Part shown: piece after piece, positions 19,572 to 29,526 of the stretch
Position numbering within the stretch: the stretch's first letter is position 1
How the letters are laid out: the number at the start of each line of letters is the position of its first letter
IMG/VR virus record: IMGVR_UViG_3300030101_002616
Coordinates: 16,484 to 80,483 of that record
Source: a virus
Strand: one strand, 5' to 3'
Length of the DNA: 64,000 nucleotides
The notes under the pieces: generated by a model
Database searches by the model: none
Told to the model about the DNA's origin: nothing
What the model saw: the letters and a program-made list of their open reading frames with translations, nothing else
Made by a program: the position numbers and the translations under genes

Positions 19572-20528
19572 ATGGCAGTATATAAGAACATATCAAGTAA
19601 AATGATTATACGTAAAGTTATGCGTGACTTGCGTCCTAATCATGCAGAATGGATAGATGATGCGGTAGAGTGGATAGGTGAGGCCTTAGAGCATATAGGA
19701 GCTGCATCACAACTTTGTCAAAAGCAATGCGTGCTTACAATAGAAGATCACAAAGCATGTTTGCCTGGAGACTTATACTTTATAAATCAAGTAGCAGTTA
19801 ATGGTACTGTCGGCACTTCTGCAAGTGATGAGCTTGATGTTCTTACAGAGCAAGTTAGAAAACTCAGAGCTGACATAGCAGAATACAACTCAACATTAGA
19901 AGAAGATGTAGCTAACAATGGAGCTAACATTACTAACGCAGATTTAACTACATATGATACACAATATAAATCAAATGTAACAGAACTTAGAGAGCTAATT
20001 AGTAGGATAACCGTTTTAGAGGGGATATATTTTAATACTAAGGGTGGGGGTGCTGGCCTAGAACCATTACGTTATGGGGCTAGCACTTTCCATAGCTCTA
20101 TGCACTGCGACGATTGTATTAATGAGCATGCACTAAACAATGAAAGTTATATAATAGATTGTGATTTTATAAAAACATCTTTTGCTAGTGGTAAGGTATG
20201 TATAAGCTATACAGCTTTTCCTATTGATGAAGATTGTTTTCCAATGATACCAGATGACATAAGTTATAAAGAAGCTATGTTCTGGTATATATACAAGCAA
20301 ATGTTGTTAGGTGGATATGATAAACCTAACAATAGAATAGATTATAACTTTGCTGATCAGAAATGGAAGTACTATTGTACTCAAGCTAGAAACGCTGCAA
20401 ACTACCCAGATATTGAAAGATATGAATCTTATATGAATCAGTGGGTTAGACTTATACCAGATATTAATGCACACGATTGCTTCTTTGAATACCTAAATCA
20501 TAGAGAAGATTTGAATAGAAATTACTAA
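19572..20528 (+). CDS. Tail tubular/ring protein (crAss Ttub-like)
   Basis: Start at 19572 (MAVYKNIS); WIGEAL, TSFASGKVCISY..FPIDEDCFPMIPD; directly upstream of muzzle. Confidence 0.65.
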   Translation: MAVYKNISSKMIIRKVMRDLRPNHAEWIDDAVEWIGEALEHIGAASQLCQKQCVLTIEDHKACLPGDLYFINQVAVNGTVGTSASDELDVLTEQVRKLRADIAEYNSTLEEDVANNGANITNADLTTYDTQYKSNVTELRELISRITVLEGIYFNTKGGGAGLEPLRYGASTFHSSMHCDDCINEHALNNESYIIDCDFIKTSFASGKVCISYTAFPIDEDCFPMIPDDISYKEAMFWYIYKQMLLGGYDKPNNRIDYNFADQKWKYYCTQARNAANYPDIERYESYMNQWVRLIPDINAHDCFFEYLNHREDLNRNY

Positions 20529-23500
20529 TGGCTAAATATATAAAAGGATTAAATAAAGATGCGGCTCCAATAGATCAGCCCGAAGGATCATACAGATATG
20601 CTAAAAATGTATTACTGAATGAAACTGCTGGTGCTATATCTAATGAGCCAGGGACACAGGTTCAGCCTTCAACTCTTCTAGGAACAGTTATAGGGACTAT
20701 AGAAACTACTGATGATAAGATTATTATCTATACTGTAGATGATAATGGTCGTTCTAGAATATATTTATTTGATAGTGCAGGTTCAGGCGCTACGTTTTTA
20801 ATACTTACAACTACTGCTGGTAATGTAATAAATGGTAATGATGTTGATTTAAAATTTGACAAAAAACATCCTATAGAAGGTACATATAAAATTGATCCTA
20901 ACGGAGATTTAATTGTATACTGGACTGATAATTTTAATCCTCCACGAAGTCTTAATATTACAAGACAGCAAACAAGTAATAATACTATTATATATGGAGT
21001 TGATCCTATTGGATCACCTAATAAAAATTACATAGATAGATTAAACTTATTTCCACATTCAGGTCCTGTTCCTAGAATAGCCTTTGATAGAATAGCAAAT
21101 GGTGGTGCATTAAAGTCTGGGACATATACTTTATTCTTAGCATATGTTGACGAAAACTTTACACAAACAAACTTTGTATCATATTCATTAGCAGTTCCTA
21201 TTGTAGAAGATGATGAAAGTGTAACACCAATAGAAAGATATGATGGATGTGAGCCTGATACACAAACAGGTAAATCTATTGTATGGGAAGTTGATAACTT
21301 AAATACAGATTATGAGTTTTTAAGACCTGTAGTAGTACATAGAAGTTTAGACAAAGATGGTTCTCCCGCAGAATTTGCTTTTAAATTAAATGATTTAGAT
21401 ATAAGTGCGGCTACAGCATCTGTTACATTTTCAGGACTAGAGGGCTATCAGTCATCTTCTGTAGATGAAGCTATTATAGATACAGTATCTTATGATACTG
21501 CTAAAACTGTTACACAATTAGATAGTGTTTTATATCTAGGTAATTTAACTGGAAATAAAGATATAGGTTATCAAAAGTACGCAAACTTTATATCGCTAGA
21601 GGCGGTAGCTGGACCTTCATTTAATCCTTTTGATCCGTATGAGTTAACTGCTGACAACTTAAATTATGGGTACATAGATACAGACCCTTATAGTCAGGTG
21701 CTATCTGGTATAACAAGACAAGGAGGTTTTAGAGATGTGGATAGATTATCATCTACTAGGAATGCTCCTGCAAGTAATCCTGAACAAGTTTTTAATAGAA
21801 GAAGTTATTTTAGAGATGAGGTATATGCATTTTATATAGCGTTTATACTTAATGATGGTAGCATGTCTTATGCTTATCATATACCTGGAAGATCAGCTAA
21901 GACAGACGTCGATGGCGGTTCTATTAGAAAAGTAGGAACTAATAATCCTATAGCAGGATCTGCTTCTGAACTTGATTCTACTGCAGACCCTGATCTTACA
22001 CAGCTAACACAAGGACAAGGGCAGTTGTTTCACTTTCATGACTTCTCTATTTTTGGAACAAGTAATACTAACTTTTGGCACAATAAAAATGAGTTCTATC
22101 CTAATACGGATGACTACTTAATGATTGATGCTAATGATCCTGATACTACAGTAGAAGACTTAAGAGGTAGCAATGTTAGACACCACCATATGCCTTGTAA
22201 CACTAATAGTGATATGAGGACTATTGTTTCAAATAACAGCAGTATCAATGAGGCTGTAGATGAAACAACTACTGTTTATTATTTCTATTGGGGGGATCTA
22301 GCAGATAGTCAATCTGGTTTGAATGAAACCCAGGATTTGCATGTAACAGACTTTTCTGCTAATACAAGCGCTATAGATGATACAGGTGGAATAGGTTGGG
22401 GGGATTGGGAGGATGGTTCTGAAGATCTTCAAGATGCTTTTGGTGATATTAGCACTTGGACATATCAAGTGCCTACTGCAGGTGATATTGCAAATGGTAA
22501 CTTACAAGGATATTTCTTATGGCGTTCTCCTGGTAATATTAATAGTGGGTTTACTACTGCTGAAGTGCAGGAGGTATTAAATAATGGAGATATAAATTTA
22601 AACCAAACTAATAGTGGTGGAGGTGTTTTTGATTGTCCTTGTGATCAGTTAAATACAGATCCTAATAATGTATATGGATATTTTGTTTGGCAGTCAACAA
22701 CTCCTGCAGTTGATGCAGCCGGTTCAATATCACAAGAAGTTAGGCCTTTAGGTGTACGTCTTGATGATATAAAAATACCAAAAAGTATTGCAGATAAAGT
22801 ACAAGGATTTAAAATATACTATGCAGAGCGTAAACACTCTAACAGAAGAATAATAGGACAGGATGTTTTAAAGAAGGCAGAAGATCTTGGTGAAAGAAAT
22901 ATAAGTGGATGTGAAGGAGAAAGTGGTAATGGATCTATTGAAGAGTTTATACTAAGTCCTGGGGCTTTAAGAAATGGGCCAATGACTACAGCAACCTTTC
23001 ATGACTTTTATTTATTACACAGAAAAAACAGTTTAGTTCCTGCTACACACACAAGTGAAGAGTATACAGTATCAATGTTTTCTATTAAAGGGCCTGGTCA
23101 CACTTATGATGATGTTGATGAAAATTTAACACCACTTGAAGCATGTCAGTATGGTAACTCTTATGTAACAGCTCACCTTGGAGGTACATATGGATTTTAT
23201 ACAGGTAATACTCTACCATTCTTCCACTTCCCAATAAGAGAAAAATGTAAAACCTATTTAAATGGTGACTCTATATATGATGGTAGAGGTATAGGATTTG
23301 GTAAAAGAATATTTAATATAGGGGGAGAAACCTCTATTTTACTAGGCTTCAAACCTACAAGACAACCAGTCCAAGCTCTTTGGCCACAGGCTGATGGAGG
23401 AGTGTTTTGGCATGATCCTATTCCCGGTTCTTCAGATCCTTTTTCTTATGAGGCACCCTCTTCACCACCAGTATTAAAACTGCATAATTTACATGCTTTC

Positions 23501-25450
23501 AAAACAGATATGTATTTATCGTTTGATACACAAGAGTTAGTGTGGACAGGATTTGAAGTAGTAGGAGATGAGTTAGATAACTATACAGTTGAAGATGACA
23601 ACACCTCTACTCCAGGAGCTACTCACCAAACTGGTAATATATTTGGAGGGGATACTTTTATATGTAGACATGGTTATCGTATAACTCACAGGCCTGCATA
23701 CCAAGGCACAGCGCCGTATGATCATAAATCTTTAATATATGTAATATCTGAGTCTACAGATAATATAAACTTTAGACACGAGACAGACGTAGATAGCACA
23801 TACTTTCCAGGATCTCCTGCTAAAAAATTATTAGACATAAAAGCAAATATAGATCTTACCAAGAAAGACAATATGAAGTATGATGAGTCTTTTTCTCTTG
23901 GGGTTGCAGATATAAAACCAGCAATACCATATCCACTAAGAGAAGCTGACCCTAGTATATTTCAAACAAGAGTACAGAGATCTGCAAAAGCAGATAACAC
24001 TAGTTTAATAGATAACTATCGCGTATTTTTAGCACTACAGTTTAAAGATCTACCACGTAATAGAGGCAGTTTACATAGACTGATTACCTTAAACAACTTG
24101 TTATATCTACATACTCAAGATAGTTTATTTAGAACTAAGGGTAAACAATCATTACAAATGTCAGATGGCACAGAGTCGTTTGTAGGTAGTGGTGATATAT
24201 TTGCTCAAGAGCCTGATGAGTTAATACAAACTAAGTTTGGTTATGGAGGTACACAATCTCAATGGGTTTCTATAGTTACTAAACACGGATACTTTTGTAT
24301 GGATTATAGAAATCGTAGAGTCTTTTTAATGAAAGATCAGCTATATGATATAGGTAAGACTGGATTAGAAAGTTGGTTTCAAGATAACATTCCATATGCC
24401 CTAGAACAACACGGCTTACCTATAGACTTTGATAATCCTATAGTAGGTATAGGTTTTAATGCAATGTATGATGAAAGATATGATAGAATACTATTAACAA
24501 AAAGAGACTTAAAACCAACTGCCGTTTTAGAAGAACTACTTGAAAATGCTAATGATAATTTTGCAGATGAAACTCAAACAATTGCAACATACGATGAAAC
24601 ACTGCAACAGTTTGTTACAAAGTTTGAAAATCAAAATGGTAATATTGTAATCACTCCTATAGACTTTACGGATGATTACTATTTTACACTTTCAGGTTGG
24701 ACAGTATCTTATAATGTAGAATCAAATGTTTGGGCATCTTTTCATGATTACATTCCATATAAGTATACTAGAATTAAAGATACATTAGTATCATTTAATG
24801 AAGGTAATAATGAAATTTGGATGCATAAAAGCGAAGAAAATCGTGGTAGTTTTTATGCTGTAGATTATGCTACAGAATTTGAGTTTATATATAATGCAGC
24901 TAAGGACAGTGACAAAATATTTTATAGTTTTGAATATACTATTGATGTAACTGATGAACATGCACCTACAATAGATGGTGGTAAATTACGTCACGATCAT
25001 GGATTTAATAGTTTTTATGTATATACCACACACCAACTATCTGGAGAAAGTCCTATAGAGTATATGATAAATACTCGTAGAGTTGGTAATGAGTGGAAAA
25101 TAAATAAGTTCAGAGACTTAGCAGATTTACAAAACAATCAACAATTAACGTATGTAGGGCCTGCAGGAGTAGGCACTTTTACTGGTAGCAACTTTGGTGT
25201 AACAAGCGCTAATGTTGCCGGCACAATAACAACAGGCGTTACAACCCATTTAGCTAATACTTCAATGTTTAATGTAGATGGTATGACTGAAACTATAAAC
25301 GCAGCCTTTATAAATGCTGCTAAATCATGGGAAACAAGAAGAAAGTTTAGAGATAAGTGGGTAGGAATTCGTTTAAAGTACGACAATGTTTCAAAAAAAT
25401 TAATAAATTTGTATTCCACCAACGTGGCTGCAAAAAAATTCTATAGATAA
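20528..25450 (+). CDS. Tail stabilisation/muzzle protein
   Basis: 1640 aa; KGLNKD..P, YWTDNFNPPR, RDEVYAFYI, FGGDTFI, WASFHDYIP. Confidence 0.7.
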   Translation: MAKYIKGLNKDAAPIDQPEGSYRYAKNVLLNETAGAISNEPGTQVQPSTLLGTVIGTIETTDDKIIIYTVDDNGRSRIYLFDSAGSGATFLILTTTAGNVINGNDVDLKFDKKHPIEGTYKIDPNGDLIVYWTDNFNPPRSLNITRQQTSNNTIIYGVDPIGSPNKNYIDRLNLFPHSGPVPRIAFDRIANGGALKSGTYTLFLAYVDENFTQTNFVSYSLAVPIVEDDESVTPIERYDGCEPDTQTGKSIVWEVDNLNTDYEFLRPVVVHRSLDKDGSPAEFAFKLNDLDISAATASVTFSGLEGYQSSSVDEAIIDTVSYDTAKTVTQLDSVLYLGNLTGNKDIGYQKYANFISLEAVAGPSFNPFDPYELTADNLNYGYIDTDPYSQVLSGITRQGGFRDVDRLSSTRNAPASNPEQVFNRRSYFRDEVYAFYIAFILNDGSMSYAYHIPGRSAKTDVDGGSIRKVGTNNPIAGSASELDSTADPDLTQLTQGQGQLFHFHDFSIFGTSNTNFWHNKNEFYPNTDDYLMIDANDPDTTVEDLRGSNVRHHHMPCNTNSDMRTIVSNNSSINEAVDETTTVYYFYWGDLADSQSGLNETQDLHVTDFSANTSAIDDTGGIGWGDWEDGSEDLQDAFGDISTWTYQVPTAGDIANGNLQGYFLWRSPGNINSGFTTAEVQEVLNNGDINLNQTNSGGGVFDCPCDQLNTDPNNVYGYFVWQSTTPAVDAAGSISQEVRPLGVRLDDIKIPKSIADKVQGFKIYYAERKHSNRRIIGQDVLKKAEDLGERNISGCEGESGNGSIEEFILSPGALRNGPMTTATFHDFYLLHRKNSLVPATHTSEEYTVSMFSIKGPGHTYDDVDENLTPLEACQYGNSYVTAHLGGTYGFYTGNTLPFFHFPIREKCKTYLNGDSIYDGRGIGFGKRIFNIGGETSILLGFKPTRQPVQALWPQADGGVFWHDPIPGSSDPFSYEAPSSPPVLKLHNLHAFKTDMYLSFDTQELVWTGFEVVGDELDNYTVEDDNTSTPGATHQTGNIFGGDTFICRHGYRITHRPAYQGTAPYDHKSLIYVISESTDNINFRHETDVDSTYFPGSPAKKLLDIKANIDLTKKDNMKYDESFSLGVADIKPAIPYPLREADPSIFQTRVQRSAKADNTSLIDNYRVFLALQFKDLPRNRGSLHRLITLNNLLYLHTQDSLFRTKGKQSLQMSDGTESFVGSGDIFAQEPDELIQTKFGYGGTQSQWVSIVTKHGYFCMDYRNRRVFLMKDQLYDIGKTGLESWFQDNIPYALEQHGLPIDFDNPIVGIGFNAMYDERYDRILLTKRDLKPTAVLEELLENANDNFADETQTIATYDETLQQFVTKFENQNGNIVITPIDFTDDYYFTLSGWTVSYNVESNVWASFHDYIPYKYTRIKDTLVSFNEGNNEIWMHKSEENRGSFYAVDYATEFEFIYNAAKDSDKIFYSFEYTIDVTDEHAPTIDGGKLRHDHGFNSFYVYTTHQLSGESPIEYMINTRRVGNEWKINKFRDLADLQNNQQLTYVGPAGVGTFTGSNFGVTSANVAGTITTGVTTHLANTSMFNVDGMTETINAAFINAAKSWETRRKFRDKWVGIRLKYDNVSKKLINLYSTNVAAKKFYR

Positions 25451-25452
25451 TT

Positions 25453-28400
25453 ATGGCAAAATCAAGAGCTCAACAAGCAGCAATAGCAATATCAATGAAG
25501 AAAGCAGGTAAGAAGCCTAGACTAAGAAAGAAACAAAAGGGTGGAGAGTATACTGTTAAGAGTGGAGATGCTATGTATAAAATAGCTAAGAAATATAACA
25601 TGTCCACAAGCGACTTAATGGCACTAAATCCTGAAATTAACGAAAGAGGTGATATTCGTCCAGGACAAAAGATAATTACAAAAGCGCCTTCAGAGTCTTT
25701 CTTTGACAACTTTAATCTGCCTTCAGGTAAAAAGGCGGTTAAAGAAGTTTTGCAAACATCTACTGGTATAAATCAGGCAGATTTCTTAGGGCTTATACCT
25801 GCAAATGTTAAAGCTTTTGTTTCTGATATTACAGGTATAGGTAAGTCAGAAGGTATTACTGAAAAAGATCTTAATAACAGGGAAAAGAAAGCTCTAAGAG
25901 AAGCTATAAAAAGAGCTGAGGAAAAAGGTAAAAATTATATTGAATATCCAGATTTTGCATCGGCTGCTGAACCAACATCAGACATCGGTGGAGGAACTTT
26001 TTTACAAGGCTTTGCTCCTATAACAAAATATTTTGATCCTAAGTATTCTATGAAAACTCTGTTAGGACAGGCTAAATTTAAAAAGAATAAAGATGGCACT
26101 TATACAGTGACTGATCAGTTTAATTTTAATGATGCTAGTAAAGCTGGATTTAAAGGAGTTATTGCAGACATTAAAGATCAAGGCATTGCAGGACTTTCTC
26201 CTTATAAGTTTGCAAGAAATATTGCAAGAAACTTTGGTTCTGCTGAAGGTGAGGGTATGGATGTAAACATTACATTTCAAAAAGGTGGTGTAAGCGATAC
26301 AATAAAAGTAAGCTCAACAGATCAAGCAGTTGCTAAAAAGAAACTTCAGAATAAGTTTAATGGTAGAATACCAAATAACGCAGTTCTTACTTATGACAAA
26401 GATACTGGGAAGTATACATACACAGTTCCTCCAACCCCTCCTAAAGTAGATCAAAAAAAGGAAGGCGGTTATCCTAAGAGCAGTAACAAAGAGTTCATGA
26501 GACGTATGGGTTACTACCAAGGAGGTGGATTAAATCAAACTCCTATGTACGGCTCTAACACTATACCGGGTACACCAGAAACAGCTGCTATCACATATCA
26601 AGAAGCAGATCAATCTAGACTAAAAGCATTAGAAGAACAATTAAAAGAAGCTCAAGAGTCAACTAAGTTTCAAGATGAAGCAGAGGCAGAAGTTGCTAAA
26701 CAAGCATCTACTATTAGTGGTATAGAACAAGGACTATCACAAGGTGTAAAAGGCCTAGATAAACTTGGAGCGTTTGATAAGTTAAAAGAGAAAGGTGCTG
26801 AAAAAACTGAAGCTTTATCAAAGCTAGGAGAGAATGCTGCTACAAATCTTGCTAGAGTAGGAGCTACTAAGGCAGACGAGGTAAGCAAAATTTTAGCTGA
26901 TCAGTTAATACCCAAAGGAGGAAAAGTTATTGACGTTGCTAAAGATAAACTAAACATGGGTTTAGGTACTGATTACATGGGTGGTTTTGGATCAGATCAA
27001 GCAGCGAAGTTTGGAGAGATGCTTCAGCAATCAAATCCACAACAAGTTATATTGAGAGAGGGTGCAGAAGAAGCACTTAAACAAACCACTACGAATGTAG
27101 CAAGTGGTTTAACTCCTGCTCAATACGGAAACATAGGGGCAGTTGCATCACTTGCAGGTGAAGGTATTAAGATGGCATCAGACGATAAAGATGCTACTAC
27201 AATGAATGTAGGAGAAAGTGTGGGTTCAGGACTGTCAGGTGTTGGTACAGGTATTGGTGCAGCAACAACTACAGCTATGCTAATGGGAGCTCCTTTAGGT
27301 CCTGTAGGTATGGCTGCAGGTGTAATTGGTGGAGCTGCATATGGTTTAGGTAAAGGACTTATACAAAGAGGTAAGGCTAGGAGAGAAGAAGAGAAAGCTG
27401 AAAGAAAAAAAGAGAAACAGTTATCAAAAATAGGAACACAGAGTAGATTAGAAGCACTTAAGTCTAAACAGTATTCAGGATTTGATTTTGGTGCTGATGT
27501 TAGACAGGGTGGAGGATTTAGTGGAACGTTAGATAACATACAAGACGGATTAACACTAGCTGGATTAGCAGGGCCTGTAGGACCTTTTGCAGATATAGCT
27601 AATACTGTTATTTCTGCAGGTAGAGGAATTTATTCTGGTGTAACAGGAGATACAACAGCAGCTAAAAAACATGCAGTGAACACAGGCCTTAATTTAGTTT
27701 CAGCTATACCAGTTATAGGTGATACAATATCAGCTCCTAAAGCAATAAAAGCAGGAGCAAATTTAGCTCAGAAGGCCGTAGTAAAAGGAAAGAAAGTTAA
27801 GTCAGGAGCAAATATATTACAAGCTGCAAACATTATAAATCCTGCTGGTAACTTCCAACCTTCTGTAGATATGAATCAAACATTTGCTTCAGAAACAACT
27901 GGGGTTAGACCTCCAATAATTCCAGAGATGATGAATTTACCTAAGTTTCCACAGCAACCTCCTATACCAAAGATAGGACCTAGTACAAGAAAAAATGGTG
28001 GTGTAAAACTGCCAGGTGGTGTAGCTAAGCCTATACCAGGATCTGATGCTATAGAGTTCAAAGGTAGAAGTCATGCACAAGGTGGTATCATGGTAGACCC
28101 TATGACAGAAGTAGAGGGCAATGAAACAATGGATAAAGTAACTATGAATAAAGGTGGTAAAAGAGATTACTTCTTCTCACAACATTTAAAGATGGGGGGC
28201 AAGTCATTCGCACAGAGACATAAAGATATATTAAAGAAAGGCGGTAGTCAAAAAGATATTGACTCGTTAGCTAAACTACAAGAAAAGAAAGCAGGTAGAA
28301 ATCCTAACACTGTTAAGTTAGGTGCAGGTGGTTACTATCAAGGTGGCGGAATGTTTAAGAAAAACCCTAACGATTTTGGTCAGACTTATGATGATGGAAC

Positions 28401-29526
28401 CCCAGTATACAATGACCAAGGTTTAGTACAACCTCCAGCTTCTTTAGTTCAAGATTTTCAAAATAGAATGTTCCCACAGGTAATACAAGATCCTGTAGTA
28501 GGTGATTTCGATCCTATAACAGACATACCTTCAGCAACAACAACTAATAATACTAAAAACGAACCTACTAATACCACTAATAATGAAGAGGAACGTATTG
28601 TAGATGGAAATGTTGAACTTTTAGATCCTATACAAGTTACTCAAATACCTGTAGACGATACCATGCCACCAACATTACAGCCTATTGCTGTTGATGAAAA
28701 TGGTATGCCTATAGAATCTGACTACAACTCGCTTTCAGATGAAGATAAGAGTGTAGTAGATAAAGCAAACTCAGGAGCTGATCTAACAGACTTAGAGAAA
28801 AAAGCTTTAAAGAGATTACGTAGAGATGTTCCTGGTCTAGCTATAGGTGCGGGGGTTGCACAACTTATTGCACCTGCATATGCATTCTTTAAGAAAGATA
28901 GAGTAGCAGAGCAGATGGGTGCGCCTGGTAGAATCAAAGCTCCTACACTAGATAGAGTAAGCTATAACACTGAGCGTGCTGCTAATGCTGCAGATAATAG
29001 AGCTATGAATAGGTTCATTGAGACTAGTGGTATTGGACCGGCTGGTATCATTGCTAAGATGTCTGCGTATAGACGTAAGCAAGAAGGTGATCTAAAGATT
29101 GCTGCACAAGAGTCTAGAGTAAATACTCAGATTGCAAATCAAGAAGCGCAGATGGCTCAGCAAGCTAATGCAAGAAACGTTGCTAATGCAATGCAGGCAG
29201 ATCAAATTAATACTCAGTTAAGAGAAGCACAGTTAGCCGCTAATCAAGATAGAAGACTAGAAGCTATAGACTCATTTACAGAAAGAACTGCAGGACTAGC
29301 TGGTGATCTAATGGCATACAAAGGTACTGAAAGGTTAGCAAGAGCTACTGGCGATATGGGTATCTATGAAAGAGATAGACTAAGAACATTCTTAAAGAAT
29401 CAAGTTAATCCTAGAACAGGTCAGCCATATACAAATGCTGAAATAGCTGAACTATTTAACAAACGTTTTGGTGAAGCTCAAGCAACTAAAGAAGATAAAG
29501 AAGATAAACAAGATGAGCAGATATAA
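25453..29526 (+). CDS. Virion cargo/ejection protein with LysM domain
   Basis: YTVKSGDAMYKIAKKYNMS...LNP...IRPGQKI (LysM); GRSHAQGGI..EVEGNE; G/A-rich hydrophobic segments; no Cys seen. Confidence 0.65.
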   Translation: MAKSRAQQAAIAISMKKAGKKPRLRKKQKGGEYTVKSGDAMYKIAKKYNMSTSDLMALNPEINERGDIRPGQKIITKAPSESFFDNFNLPSGKKAVKEVLQTSTGINQADFLGLIPANVKAFVSDITGIGKSEGITEKDLNNREKKALREAIKRAEEKGKNYIEYPDFASAAEPTSDIGGGTFLQGFAPITKYFDPKYSMKTLLGQAKFKKNKDGTYTVTDQFNFNDASKAGFKGVIADIKDQGIAGLSPYKFARNIARNFGSAEGEGMDVNITFQKGGVSDTIKVSSTDQAVAKKKLQNKFNGRIPNNAVLTYDKDTGKYTYTVPPTPPKVDQKKEGGYPKSSNKEFMRRMGYYQGGGLNQTPMYGSNTIPGTPETAAITYQEADQSRLKALEEQLKEAQESTKFQDEAEAEVAKQASTISGIEQGLSQGVKGLDKLGAFDKLKEKGAEKTEALSKLGENAATNLARVGATKADEVSKILADQLIPKGGKVIDVAKDKLNMGLGTDYMGGFGSDQAAKFGEMLQQSNPQQVILREGAEEALKQTTTNVASGLTPAQYGNIGAVASLAGEGIKMASDDKDATTMNVGESVGSGLSGVGTGIGAATTTAMLMGAPLGPVGMAAGVIGGAAYGLGKGLIQRGKARREEEKAERKKEKQLSKIGTQSRLEALKSKQYSGFDFGADVRQGGGFSGTLDNIQDGLTLAGLAGPVGPFADIANTVISAGRGIYSGVTGDTTAAKKHAVNTGLNLVSAIPVIGDTISAPKAIKAGANLAQKAVVKGKKVKSGANILQAANIINPAGNFQPSVDMNQTFASETTGVRPPIIPEMMNLPKFPQQPPIPKIGPSTRKNGGVKLPGGVAKPIPGSDAIEFKGRSHAQGGIMVDPMTEVEGNETMDKVTMNKGGKRDYFFSQHLKMGGKSFAQRHKDILKKGGSQKDIDSLAKLQEKKAGRNPNTVKLGAGGYYQGGGMFKKNPNDFGQTYDDGTPVYNDQGLVQPPASLVQDFQNRMFPQVIQDPVVGDFDPITDIPSATTTNNTKNEPTNTTNNEEERIVDGNVELLDPIQVTQIPVDDTMPPTLQPIAVDENGMPIESDYNSLSDEDKSVVDKANSGADLTDLEKKALKRLRRDVPGLAIGAGVAQLIAPAYAFFKKDRVAEQMGAPGRIKAPTLDRVSYNTERAANAADNRAMNRFIETSGIGPAGIIAKMSAYRRKQEGDLKIAAQESRVNTQIANQEAQMAQQANARNVANAMQADQINTQLREAQLAANQDRRLEAIDSFTERTAGLAGDLMAYKGTERLARATGDMGIYERDRLRTFLKNQVNPRTGQPYTNAEIAELFNKRFGEAQATKEDKEDKQDEQI

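Noticed and set aside
25404-25411. TAAATTTG promoter upstream of the cargo genes
   Set aside because: Lies inside the muzzle CDS with no -33 TTG at the expected spacing
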